A program made the position numbers and the translations under genes. DNA of 38,339 nt, taken from positions 18,247-56,585 of the forward strand of contig CAYVUT010000001.1 of NCBI GenBank assembly GCA_964455225.1. Reading direction: 5' to 3'. Positions 13,454 through 21,362 of the stretch are shown in pieces. The notes below the pieces were generated by a model, which did not search any database, was not told where the DNA came from, and was given only the letters and a program-made list of their open reading frames with translations. The stretch is from an uncultured Candidatus Saccharibacteria bacterium. GTDB taxonomy: Bacteria > Patescibacteriota > Minisyncoccia > Phycocordibacterales > Phycocordibacteraceae. The first letter of the stretch is position 1; each line of letters begins with the position of its first letter.

Positions 13454-13527
13454 CCACCCGTAGCTCAGTTGGTTAGAGCATCGAGCTTATACCTCGAGGG
13501 TCCTTGGTTCGAGTCCAAGCGGGTGGA
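13454..13527 (+). tRNA. tRNA-Ile, anticodon UAU (reads AUA); CCA not encoded
   Basis: Manual cloverleaf. Acceptor CCACCCG/CGGGTGG plus discriminator A. D-arm GCTC-AGTTGGTTA-GAGC. Anticodon arm TCGAG-CTTATAC-CTCGA, giving positions 34-36 as TAT. Variable loop GGGTC. T-arm CTTGG-TTCGAGT-CCAAG. All stems are Watson-Crick, 74 nt in total. Confidence 0.85.
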
Positions 13528-13535
13528 CACTAATT

Positions 13536-15704
13536 TTATTCCAAATGCATCTCGCGGTTCGCTTCCTCTAGGCGGCGCGCGAGCGCGGGGAAGCGGGCGA
13601 GGCTCGGATCAGTGCTCACGAGCGCGGCAGCTTCAGTGCGCGCCGCCTCGACGAGCTTGATGTTCTTGAGCGCTTCCATCGCGACGTCAGAGACGCCCCA
13701 CTGGCGGCCGCCCCCCAGTTCTCCAGAACCGCGGAGCGTAAGGTCGTATTCGGCAAGTTCGAAGCCGTTCTTCGCGGTCGTGAATGCCCTCATGCGCTCG
13801 CGCGTGTTCGGCCCCGCAGATTCCGGCAATGCAAAGCAGTAGGCCTGATGCGTGGAGCGGATGACGCGACCCCGGAGCTGGTGGAGCTGGGCGAGGCCGA
13901 AGCGTTCTGCGCCTTCAATCAGGATGACGGTCGCGTTCGGGACGTTTACGCCCACCTCGACCACCGACGTGGCGACCAGGATCTGGATTTCATTCTTCAG
14001 AAACATGTCCATCGTCGCCTCCTTCTCGGCGGGTGTCATCTTGCTGTGGAGTATGCCGATATCGAATTCGGGAAATACGTCTTTCGCAAGCCGCTCTGCT
14101 TCCGCTTTCACTGACTTTGCCTGGAGCGCCATTTCTTTCTTGGGATCAGGTTCGTCGATGCGCGGGCAGATCACATACGCTTGTCGCCCTGCCGTAAGTT
14201 CTGTACGCACGCGCGCGTACGCCTCTTCGCGCTTGTCTTTCGCAAGCACCTCCGTGGCGACCGGCTTTCTGCCGACCGGCATCTCGTCGAGAATGGTGAG
14301 ATCGAGGTCGCCGTAAATAGTGAGCGCGAGCGTGCGGGGAATCGGTGTCGCGGTCATGGAGAGCAGGTGCGGCGTATTGCCGTCTTTCCCGACGAGTTTC
14401 TGACGATGCGAGACTCCGAAGCGATGCTGTTCGTCGATGATGGCGTACGCCAAGTGCTTGAATGAGAGCGATTTCTCGACGAGCGCATGCGTGCCGATGA
14501 CGATCGGTATCTCGCCGTTCGCCACCATCTTCCGGAACGCGGCTTTCGAGAGGCTCGTGGATTCCTCGCGGCGTATCTTGGAGGGGAATTTCCGGCATTC
14601 TTTGCCGGTGATGAGTCCGATAGGGATCGGATGGTCTTTGAAATAGGAAACGAAGGTTGAGAAATGCTGTTTCGCGAGGATTTCCGTGGGGCAGAGATAC
14701 GCAACCTGAAGCGTGCCCGCGATTCTTCCGGGCGGCCGCGAGGTGGCGACCAGGTATGCGGTTGCCGCCGCGACCGCGGTCTTGCCGCTCCCTACGTCGC
14801 CCTCAAGGAGCCGCATCATGGGATGCTGCTTCTTGAAGTCGGCGATGATCGCATCGATCGCGCGCGTCTGCGCGCGCGTCGGCGGGAAAGGGAATGAGGC
14901 GACGAAGCTTTGCAGCGCGTCGTGGTCGACCGTGACCGCGAGCGCGTGTTCCTGCGCTGCTGCCGCCCGGCGTTGGTTCATGGCAAGCTGCAGAGCGAAT
15001 ACCTCCTCGAAAGCGAAGCGTTTGCGCGCTGCGTCCGCGTCAGCGCGCTTCTTCGGGTGATGCATCCACACGAGCGCAGTGGCAAGCGAGGGTAGGTGAT
15101 AGCGTTCGAGGATGTCGGTCGGGATAGGGTCTTCCATCCGCTCGTGCGCCCCCGACTCGAACACTTTCTTGAGCGCATAGAAGAGCCAGAGCGAAGAGAT
15201 CCCCATGCTTTCTGGATACACCGGATGAAGCGGTTCATCTGTGGGAAGGTCTGACCTTCCCACAAAAAGATTCTCGTGTGCCGTGTCGGGATTGACGGGC
15301 GTCTTGTCTATTTCCGGATTAGCGACATAGGGTTTTTCTGAGGTGCCGGTGACCTTGCCGCGAATCTTCACCACCATGCCATCGTGGAGCGTTTTTGCGA
15401 TATAGGGCTGAGAGAACCACATGAGCTTGATCCGCCCTGAAGCGTCTTCGAGCCATGCTTCAGCGATCGGCCTCCGGGATTTCCAGGTTTTCCGCACGTC
15501 AGGTTTGCGGATAGTGCCGTAGAGCGTCACCTCCGCTCCAGGCGCAACACTCTGCGTCGTGCCCGTGGGACTTGCAGTTTCATAGCGGGCAGGGAAGTGA
15601 TACAGCAGATCGCCAATGGTGCGTATACGAAGCTTCGAGAGCGCCCGTTTTTGGTCGGGCTTAAGCCGCGTAAAGTGCTTTTCGATGGGGTCGCCGGAAT
15701 TCAC
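13536..15704 (-). CDS. recG: ATP-dependent DNA helicase RecG
   Basis: Wedge/OB N-terminal domain. Helicase motifs LLEGDVGSGKT, IDEQHRFGV, LSMTATPIPRT, VEVGVNVPNATV and QLRGRVIR. The ORF-track start 15878 overlaps the malic-enzyme gene. GTG 15704 (MNSGDPIEKHFTRLKPDQ...) lies 6 nt after a TATACT box. Confidence 0.92.
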   Translation of the reverse strand: MNSGDPIEKHFTRLKPDQKRALSKLRIRTIGDLLYHFPARYETASPTGTTQSVAPGAEVTLYGTIRKPDVRKTWKSRRPIAEAWLEDASGRIKLMWFSQPYIAKTLHDGMVVKIRGKVTGTSEKPYVANPEIDKTPVNPDTAHENLFVGRSDLPTDEPLHPVYPESMGISSLWLFYALKKVFESGAHERMEDPIPTDILERYHLPSLATALVWMHHPKKRADADAARKRFAFEEVFALQLAMNQRRAAAAQEHALAVTVDHDALQSFVASFPFPPTRAQTRAIDAIIADFKKQHPMMRLLEGDVGSGKTAVAAATAYLVATSRPPGRIAGTLQVAYLCPTEILAKQHFSTFVSYFKDHPIPIGLITGKECRKFPSKIRREESTSLSKAAFRKMVANGEIPIVIGTHALVEKSLSFKHLAYAIIDEQHRFGVSHRQKLVGKDGNTPHLLSMTATPIPRTLALTIYGDLDLTILDEMPVGRKPVATEVLAKDKREEAYARVRTELTAGRQAYVICPRIDEPDPKKEMALQAKSVKAEAERLAKDVFPEFDIGILHSKMTPAEKEATMDMFLKNEIQILVATSVVEVGVNVPNATVILIEGAERFGLAQLHQLRGRVIRSTHQAYCFALPESAGPNTRERMRAFTTAKNGFELAEYDLTLRGSGELGGGRQWGVSDVAMEALKNIKLVEAARTEAAALVSTDPSLARFPALARRLEEANREMHLE

Positions 15705-15710
15705 AGGCCC

Positions 15711-15716
15711 AGTATA
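15711..15716 (-). promoter_or_regulatory. -10 box TATACT (minus strand), 6 nt before recG GTG 15704
   Basis: Minus strand reads gcgc-TATACT-gggcct-GTG. Confidence 0.45.
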
Positions 15717-15729
15717 GCGCCTTGGGGTA

Positions 15730-15735
15730 TATACT
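15730..15735 (+). promoter_or_regulatory. -10 box TATACT, 7 nt before ATG 15743
   Basis: ggggta-TATACT-ggcgcgc-ATG. Back to back with the recG box, 13 nt away. Confidence 0.5.
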
Positions 15736-15742
15736 GGCGCGC

Positions 15743-16882
15743 ATGGATAAAAAGACCAAAAGCATCGTGAAAGCATACGAGAAGCAGGGAGCGCGCATAG
15801 AAACCAAGGCGCGTGCCAGGCTGAAGAATAAGAAAGATTTTTCGCTCTGGTATACGCCGGGAGTAGGAAGTGCAGCATCGCACTTGGCCGCGCATCCGGA
15901 GGATGCGCGGAAGATGAGTGTGAAAAAGAACTCCATCGCAGTCATCTCCGACGGCTCTGCGGTCCTTGGCCTCGGGAACATCGGTCCCTATGGAGCGCTT
16001 CCGGTCATGGAGGGAAAGGCGCTCATCTTCAAAGAGATGGCGGGTATCGATGCGTGGCCGATCGTGCTCAACACCCAAAGCTCAGATGAGATCGTGCGCA
16101 CGATACAAGCGATAGCGCCCGCGTTCGGCGGCATCAACCTCGAGGACATTTCTGCGCCACGCTGTTTCGATATCGAGAAGCAGCTCGTCGAATCGCTTCG
16201 CATGCCGGTGATGCATGATGATCAGCACGGCACGGCGATCGTGGTGCTTGCCGGTCTCACAAATGCCGCAAAGGTGGTGAAGAAGCCTCTCAAGTCTCTC
16301 AAAGTAGTTATTTCTGGTGCGGGTGCCGCGGGCACCGCAGTCGCAAAGCTGCTTCTTGCAGCGGGTGTGGAGGACATCGTGCTTCTTGATCGTACGAGCA
16401 TCATCGGCCCCACGCGTCCTGATCTTGCTGGCCACAAGCATGAGCTTGCGGCGCTTACGAATCCGCGCCGGCTTGCAGGTGGTATTGAGACGGCGATGCA
16501 GGGAGCAGATGTGTTTGTGGGCGTCTCTGGAAAGGGGATTCTCCACACGGATCATGTGAAGCTCATGGCACCGCGTGCGATCGTCTTTGCGCTTGCGAAC
16601 CCTATCCCAGAAATCATGCCGAATGAGGCGAAGAAGGCTGGCGCAGCGGTGATTGCGACCGGACGCTCCGATTTCCCGAATCAGATCAACAACGCGCTCG
16701 TGTACCCGGGCATTTTCCGGGGCGCGCTCGACAAGGGCGTAGAGAAAATAACCGAGGAAACGAAATTGCGCGCTGCGCGCGCACTTGCGGGCCTTGTGGC
16801 GCGTCCGACTGCGGCAAAAATAATTCCCGATCTTCTCGACAAGCGTGTGGTGAAAGCTGTCGCACGTTCGGTAAAAGCGTAA
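15743..16882 (+). CDS. NAD(P)-dependent malic enzyme (short form)
   Basis: WYTPGVG, VISDGSAVLGLGNIGPYGALPVMEGKALIFKEMAGIDA, GGINLEDISAPRCF, HDDQHGTA and the Rossmann motif VISGAGAAG. The ORF-track TTG 15722 is less likely than ATG 15743. Confidence 0.9.
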   Translation: MDKKTKSIVKAYEKQGARIETKARARLKNKKDFSLWYTPGVGSAASHLAAHPEDARKMSVKKNSIAVISDGSAVLGLGNIGPYGALPVMEGKALIFKEMAGIDAWPIVLNTQSSDEIVRTIQAIAPAFGGINLEDISAPRCFDIEKQLVESLRMPVMHDDQHGTAIVVLAGLTNAAKVVKKPLKSLKVVISGAGAAGTAVAKLLLAAGVEDIVLLDRTSIIGPTRPDLAGHKHELAALTNPRRLAGGIETAMQGADVFVGVSGKGILHTDHVKLMAPRAIVFALANPIPEIMPNEAKKAGAAVIATGRSDFPNQINNALVYPGIFRGALDKGVEKITEETKLRAARALAGLVARPTAAKIIPDLLDKRVVKAVARSVKA

Positions 16883-16890
16883 AACGCTGC

Positions 16891-17331
16891 CTAGTCTCTT
16901 TGGATCGCTTCGGCGACTCTAGGTGCCACGCTCGCGTACCACGCACGGTCCCGTGCATCCTCAAGAAGCGTGCCAACTTCGCGAAATGGGGCCCAGCGCG
17001 CCTCTTCGATCTCGTGGCTGCCAAGCAGCGTGTCGGTGCGGCGCGCGGCATAGAGGAACATATGGATCTCTTTCACTTGCGATTCGTCGTACGTCTTGTC
17101 TGGCCGGATGCCTGGGCGCACGTATGAGCCCAGATCATCGAGGAGTTCGAGCTCAGTGAGCCCAGCCTCTTCGGCAATCTCGCGTCTAGCAGCCGTTTCG
17201 TCGGCCTCACCGTGCTCCACTCCTCCTTTGGGGAAAAACCAGAGTCGCCCAGCGTGCCGCCGTACGAGCGCGATCATAGCGCCATCGCCGATCACGATCC
17301 CCCCGGCACTTTTCCTGCGAATTGGTTCCAT
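16891..17331 (-). CDS. NUDIX hydrolase
   Basis: Nudix box GGVEHGEADETAARREIAEEAGL (G-x5-E-x7-REUxEExGU). Convergent with the malic enzyme gene across an 8-nt gap. Confidence 0.85.
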   Translation of the reverse strand: MEPIRRKSAGGIVIGDGAMIALVRRHAGRLWFFPKGGVEHGEADETAARREIAEEAGLTELELLDDLGSYVRPGIRPDKTYDESQVKEIHMFLYAARRTDTLLGSHEIEEARWAPFREVGTLLEDARDRAWYASVAPRVAEAIQRD

Positions 17332-17357
17332 GCCAAAACTCTAGCATGCAAAAATGG

Positions 17358-17363
17358 TATACT
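17358..17363 (+). promoter_or_regulatory. Extended -10 box TGgTATACT, 8 nt before lemA ATG 17372
   Basis: aaaaTGgTATACT-ctcaacat-ATG. The first ATG of the ORF track (17354) lies inside the promoter element. Confidence 0.5.
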
Positions 17364-17371
17364 CTCAACAT

Positions 17372-17926
17372 ATGACTACGCTCTATATCGTGCTCGGGAT
17401 TGTGGCTGTTATCGTGCTCTGGGCTATCGTAGCCTTTAACGGCTTTGTCGCGCGCGTGAACCGCGCAAAAGAGGCTCTGTCTGACATCGACATTCAGGCA
17501 AAGCGCCGCTATGACCTCATTCCGAACCTCGTCTCAACAGTGAAGGGCTACGCCACGCACGAGTCCGCTGCGTTTGAGAACGTGACCAAGGCGCGCTCAG
17601 CTGCCATGGGCGCAACCAGCATGCACGAGAAGGAGGGCGCGGAGAACATGCTCACGGGTGCTCTGAAGTCGCTCTTTGCGGTTGCGGAAGCATATCCGGA
17701 CCTCAAGGCAAATCAGAACTTCCTAGAGCTCCAGCGCGAGCTGTCAGACACCGAAAACAAGATTCAGGCAGCCCGCCGCTTCTATAACGGCACGGTGCGC
17801 GATCTCAATACGGCAGTCGAATCGTTCCCGGGCAATGTGATTGCGGGCACGTTCCATTTCGGAAAGATGGAGCTCTTTGAGCTTACGGATGCTGCGCAGG
17901 CAGAGCCGGTGAAAGTGCAGTTCTAG
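17372..17926 (+). CDS. lemA: LemA family membrane protein
   Basis: An N-terminal TM helix followed by NGFVARVNRAKEALSDIDIQAKRRYDLIPNLV...AYPDLKANQNFLELQRELSDTENKIQAARRFYN, the typical LemA pattern. htpX lies downstream, a widespread gene pair. Confidence 0.9.
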   Translation: MTTLYIVLGIVAVIVLWAIVAFNGFVARVNRAKEALSDIDIQAKRRYDLIPNLVSTVKGYATHESAAFENVTKARSAAMGATSMHEKEGAENMLTGALKSLFAVAEAYPDLKANQNFLELQRELSDTENKIQAARRFYNGTVRDLNTAVESFPGNVIAGTFHFGKMELFELTDAAQAEPVKVQF

Positions 17927-17935
17927 AGAGCATGT

Positions 17936-18042
17936 CTAAAAACCTCATCTGCATCGTTGCGGGTCCCGCCGATTTCTTCCGCCGTATCTCCAATACGTCT
18001 CCAGAAATCGGCAGCCCGCGCCTTGCATCTGAGGGTTTTTAG
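17936..18042 (+). other. Long imperfect hairpin (about 33 paired positions) filling the lemA-htpX spacer
   Basis: The left arm ctaaaaacctcatctgcatcgttgcgggtcccgccgatttct pairs with the right arm agaaatcggcagcccgcgccttgcatctgagggtttttag. The apical loop is about 25 nt. The stem base is A5/T5, so the element also resembles an oversized intrinsic terminator. Confidence 0.6.
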
Positions 18043-18060
18043 GCACGCTCTACACTCTCG

Positions 18061-18957
18061 ATGAACGCATACGCACAACGCTCCGCAAACGTGCGCCGCA
18101 CCTGGGGACTTATCCTGGGGTTCTTGGTGCTCGTTATTGCGCTCGGCTACGGGATTGCGTGGTACTTCGGCGAGCCCTCGATTCTCTATGTCGCGGTTAT
18201 TTTTGCCGTTGCGATGAACTTCTATGCGTACTGGTCTTCAGACAAGCTCGTGCTTTCTATGAGCCATGCGCGTCCGGCAACCCGCGAAGAGTTCTTTGAT
18301 CTCTATACGGTAACTGAAAATCTAGCCATGACGGCCGGGCTTCCGATGCCCAAGCTCTACGTCATAGACGATCCGGCGCCGAACGCGTTTGCGACCGGGC
18401 GCGACGAGAAGCATGCGGTCGTGTGCGCTACGACCGGACTTCTTGATCTCCTCACGCGTGCAGAGCTCGAGGGCGTGATTGCGCACGAGCTATCGCATAT
18501 CCAGAACCGGGACATCCTGGTCATGACCGTTGCAGTCGTGCTCGCGGGCTTCGTCGCCATTGTTGCGGACCTCTTTCTCCGCATGTCTTTTTATGGCGGC
18601 AATCATCGCAATCGAGAGGGCGGTGGTGCCATTGTGCTGGTGCTGGGACTCATCGGCATCATTCTCGCCCCGCTTGCGGCACAGCTCATACAGCTTGCTA
18701 TCTCTCGTCGCCGTGAATACTTGGCAGATGCCTCGGGCGTTCTGCTCACACGCTATCCAGAGGGCCTTGCTTCCGCACTTCAGAAAATCAGTGCGCATAA
18801 CGTGCCCATGCGGCATAAGAGCCACGCCACCGCGCACCTCTTCATCGACGAACCGTTCGGCCGCCCCGAAGGGAAGCGCTTGAGCTGGCTCGAGGGGCTG
18901 TTCTCAACCCACCCCCCAACAGAGGAGCGCATCAAGGCTCTTTTGGGACACCAGTGA
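18061..18957 (+). CDS. htpX: Zinc metalloprotease HtpX (peptidase M48)
   Basis: Two N-terminal TM helices, the motif NAFATG, the zinc site HELSHI, two further TM helices, the downstream Glu in REYLADASG, and C-terminal THPPTEERI. Confidence 0.93.
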   Translation: MNAYAQRSANVRRTWGLILGFLVLVIALGYGIAWYFGEPSILYVAVIFAVAMNFYAYWSSDKLVLSMSHARPATREEFFDLYTVTENLAMTAGLPMPKLYVIDDPAPNAFATGRDEKHAVVCATTGLLDLLTRAELEGVIAHELSHIQNRDILVMTVAVVLAGFVAIVADLFLRMSFYGGNHRNREGGGAIVLVLGLIGIILAPLAAQLIQLAISRRREYLADASGVLLTRYPEGLASALQKISAHNVPMRHKSHATAHLFIDEPFGRPEGKRLSWLEGLFSTHPPTEERIKALLGHQ

Positions 18958-18982
18958 GCGTGCTATAACACCCTCACGCCAC

Positions 18983-19069
18983 GGAGGCGTCGCATAGTGG
19001 TCTAGTGCACCGCCTTGGAAAGGCGGCAGGCTCGAAAGGGTCTCGAGAGTTCGAATCTCTCCGCCTCCG
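18983..19069 (+). tRNA. tRNA-Ser, anticodon GGA; CCA not encoded
   Basis: Acceptor GGAGGCG/CGCCTCC plus discriminator G. Anticodon arm CCGCC-TTGGAAA-GGCGG. Long variable arm. T-arm GAGAG-TTCGAAT-CTCTC. 87 nt in total. Confidence 0.88.
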
Positions 19070-19092
19070 CAAATTGAAACTTCCTCGCTCGT

Positions 19093-19428
19093 ATGTCCCA
19101 AAAACAATACAAAGGAATCATTGTCGAGGAGAGTCTCGAAAATCAGGACGTCTTGAAGGGTGTTGAGGTTATACAAAGCTCAATTTCTGAAGATGGGGCA
19201 TGGCATATGCATACGGTTCTTGTTTCTCCCGAAGTCATCCAGCAGCTTGTCGAAAGTATCAAGGATGGTTGGTATGCCCACTTTTGGAATAGTCGGGATG
19301 TGATTGCGGTGTTCAGGGGCCGAACATTCTGCTTCAATTTTGATGACAAAAGCACATGGAAGGAGGTTGTGGAGTACGGAAGGTCACTTGGTATTCCTGA
19401 AGTCCAATTAGATTTCCCTATCGACTAA
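19093..19428 (+). CDS. Hypothetical protein (111 aa), visibly AT-richer than its neighbours
   Basis: Clean ORF starting MSQKQYKGIIVEESLENQDVLKGVEVIQSS.... It has no signal peptide and matches no family I recognise. It lies directly after tRNA-Ser. Confidence 0.6.
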   Translation: MSQKQYKGIIVEESLENQDVLKGVEVIQSSISEDGAWHMHTVLVSPEVIQQLVESIKDGWYAHFWNSRDVIAVFRGRTFCFNFDDKSTWKEVVEYGRSLGIPEVQLDFPID

Positions 19429-19455
19429 CGTACGGGGTGGGGGTTGAGAACCGTG

Positions 19456-20073
19456 CTAATGATTATGCTGCTCGATACGAATTATGTGCGTATCTTCCGC
19501 GCTCGAATCGGGCGCGAGTACAAGCAGATCTGAATTGCCGAAGTGGAACATAGTGAGCATATCTTTCCATGGGAGCTCGTAGTACGCGGCGTAGAGCATT
19601 TTGCCGATATCGCCATGGGCTACGAGGAGTACTGAACCCTCCCGGCGTTTCTTCTTCACTTCTGCAAGTGCTTGTTTCCCGCGCTCAAGAAGCGTTGGGA
19701 ATGTTTCCGCCCCATCGGGAGACAAGAAGTAGGTAATCGTGTCGGTTTTGATGATATCTGGCGCACAGAGCTTCTCGATATCCTGGATAGGTTTGCCAGT
19801 CATGATGCCGAAATCGCGCTCAATGAGGCTCGGCATAACTTCTGGTTCTGGGAGTCCGAGTGTGGTGGCAACGGCAGCGGCCGTATCGTATGCGCGGCGA
19901 AGCGGGGAAGCATAGATTGCATCGAACGTCAGTCCTGCATCTTTGATTCCTTCGGCAAGCGTGTGCGCCTGCTCCATACCGAGTGGGGTGAGTGGAAGAT
20001 CCCGATGGCCGTTGAGGATACCGTGTGCATTGTCTTCATTCTGCCCGTGGCGCGCAATATAGATGCGGAGCAT
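19456..20073 (-). CDS. Histidine phosphatase family protein (phosphoglycerate-mutase-like)
   Basis: RHG motif in MLRIYIARHGQNEDN, a second Arg in ASPLRRA, and the distal His in LLVAHGD. ATG 20073 is preferred over the ORF-track start 20124. Confidence 0.85.
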   Translation of the reverse strand: MLRIYIARHGQNEDNAHGILNGHRDLPLTPLGMEQAHTLAEGIKDAGLTFDAIYASPLRRAYDTAAAVATTLGLPEPEVMPSLIERDFGIMTGKPIQDIEKLCAPDIIKTDTITYFLSPDGAETFPTLLERGKQALAEVKKKRREGSVLLVAHGDIGKMLYAAYYELPWKDMLTMFHFGNSDLLVLAPDSSAEDTHIIRIEQHNH

Positions 20074-20153
20074 GTGCTTTAGGGTACCGGAACATGTCTC
20101 CTGCGCCAACATGCATGATCCCATACATACGGTTTCACCTCGTGGTGTCGTGT

Positions 20154-20159
20154 TAGGAT
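20154..20159 (+). promoter_or_regulatory. Extended -10-like TGtTAGGAT, 9 nt before GTG 20169
   Basis: TGtTAGGAT-tttcgtatc-GTG. Confidence 0.35.
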
Positions 20160-20168
20160 TTTCGTATC

Positions 20169-21260
20169 GTGACGTTCTTTCATGCGCAGATACGGACGCT
20201 AATAGCGGTGCTCGTGGAGTTCGGGCCGATTACGGCCTTTTTCACTTCGCTGTATCTTCAAGGCGAAGCGGAGGGCGGATTCATCGCTTCGATCGAAGGG
20301 TTCGTGTGGTTCACTGCCGCATCGCTCGGAACGGCATTTGTGCTTGACCGGCGCGTTGCGCTTTTCCCGCTCCTTGCGGCGGTTGCAGTAATCGGCTTTG
20401 GCACGGCAGCGGTATATGTGGATAACCCGACGCTGTTTATCATCAAGGATACGGTTTACAACGGCCTCTTCGCGCTCGTGCTCGGCATAGGCGCACTCCA
20501 GGGTCAGGGACCGCTCAAGTACCTGTTCTCCTCGCTTTTCGACCTCACCGAGCGCGGGTGGTATCTCTTGTCGCGCCGGTGGGCCGTGTTCTTCCTCTTG
20601 CTCGCGGTCTCGAATGAGCTCGTGTGGAGGATCTTTTCGGAAGCAACATGGGTTTCCTACAAGCTCGGAGCGACGATCGCGACGCTCGTATTCGGGCTCT
20701 ACCAATTCACGCTCGCACGCCGCGAGCGCAGTGCAGCGGCAACGCCATGGGGCCTCAAAAACCGTGCGCTCGAAGAGGTGCCCGAAAGCCTGCCTAAGCT
20801 TTGGGAGCGGGCGCTCGCCATCCTTGTCATTGGCGGATGTCTTTTAGCGGGCACGATGTCCTTTAGGTCAGTCGAGAAGCCGCCGACCGTGAGTGCTGAA
20901 GTTGCAGGAGTGTCCTTGACGCTCTTCTTGGCGGACACGGAAGAGCTGAGGTCACTCGGTCTTGGTGGCAGAGAATCACTCGAGCAAGACGAGGGTATGC
21001 TTTTCATATTCCCGAAGGCCGATAGATATGGTATTTGGATGAAAGATATGCGTTTTCCGATAGATATATTCTGGATTGGTGATGATGGGAGGGTCGCATC
21101 CTTTGAGAAGAATGTAGGCCCAGAAACATACCCCCACGTCTTCTACCCGGACGCCCCTGTCCGCTATGTCCTTGAGACAAACGCAGGGTTTGCCGACCGC
21201 CACGGCATCGACTTCCTGACCCCCATACGCTTGCAAAAATGGCCGGTCGTTTCCGAATAA
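20169..21260 (+). CDS. Membrane protein: YciB/IspZ-like septation-protein domain fused to a C-terminal DUF192 domain
   Basis: The N-terminal ~190 aa has five hydrophobic helices with FGPITAFF near the start and W..FF....N pattern, like YciB. After one more TM helix the C-terminus reads EGMLFIFPKADRYGIWMKDMRFPIDIFWIGDDGRV...VRYVLETNAGF, the DUF192 pattern. Confidence 0.6.
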   Translation: MTFFHAQIRTLIAVLVEFGPITAFFTSLYLQGEAEGGFIASIEGFVWFTAASLGTAFVLDRRVALFPLLAAVAVIGFGTAAVYVDNPTLFIIKDTVYNGLFALVLGIGALQGQGPLKYLFSSLFDLTERGWYLLSRRWAVFFLLLAVSNELVWRIFSEATWVSYKLGATIATLVFGLYQFTLARRERSAAATPWGLKNRALEEVPESLPKLWERALAILVIGGCLLAGTMSFRSVEKPPTVSAEVAGVSLTLFLADTEELRSLGLGGRESLEQDEGMLFIFPKADRYGIWMKDMRFPIDIFWIGDDGRVASFEKNVGPETYPHVFYPDAPVRYVLETNAGFADRHGIDFLTPIRLQKWPVVSE

Positions 21261-21362
21261 ACTATCCACAAGGTGTTTTCCCGGAGCGGGAGTAAACTAC
21301 ATACATCACGCACTCCTGCCTTCCGCAAAGCGCGCGATTATTATCCCTAATCGCTTATCTGT

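Noticed and set aside
15705-15878. An N-terminal extension of recG that overlaps the malic-enzyme gene by about 135 nt.
   Set aside because: The extension has odd composition (Cys/Trp/Phe-rich). GTG 15704 fits the -10 spacing rule and the usual RecG N-terminus.
21261-21362. A possible NrdR box pair or cobalamin riboswitch upstream of the class II RNR gene.
   Set aside because: The 102-nt spacer is too short for a cobalamin riboswitch. The segments ccacaaggtgt and ctacatacatcac only loosely resemble the 16-bp NrdR palindrome. I would not call them without a position-weight-matrix scan.
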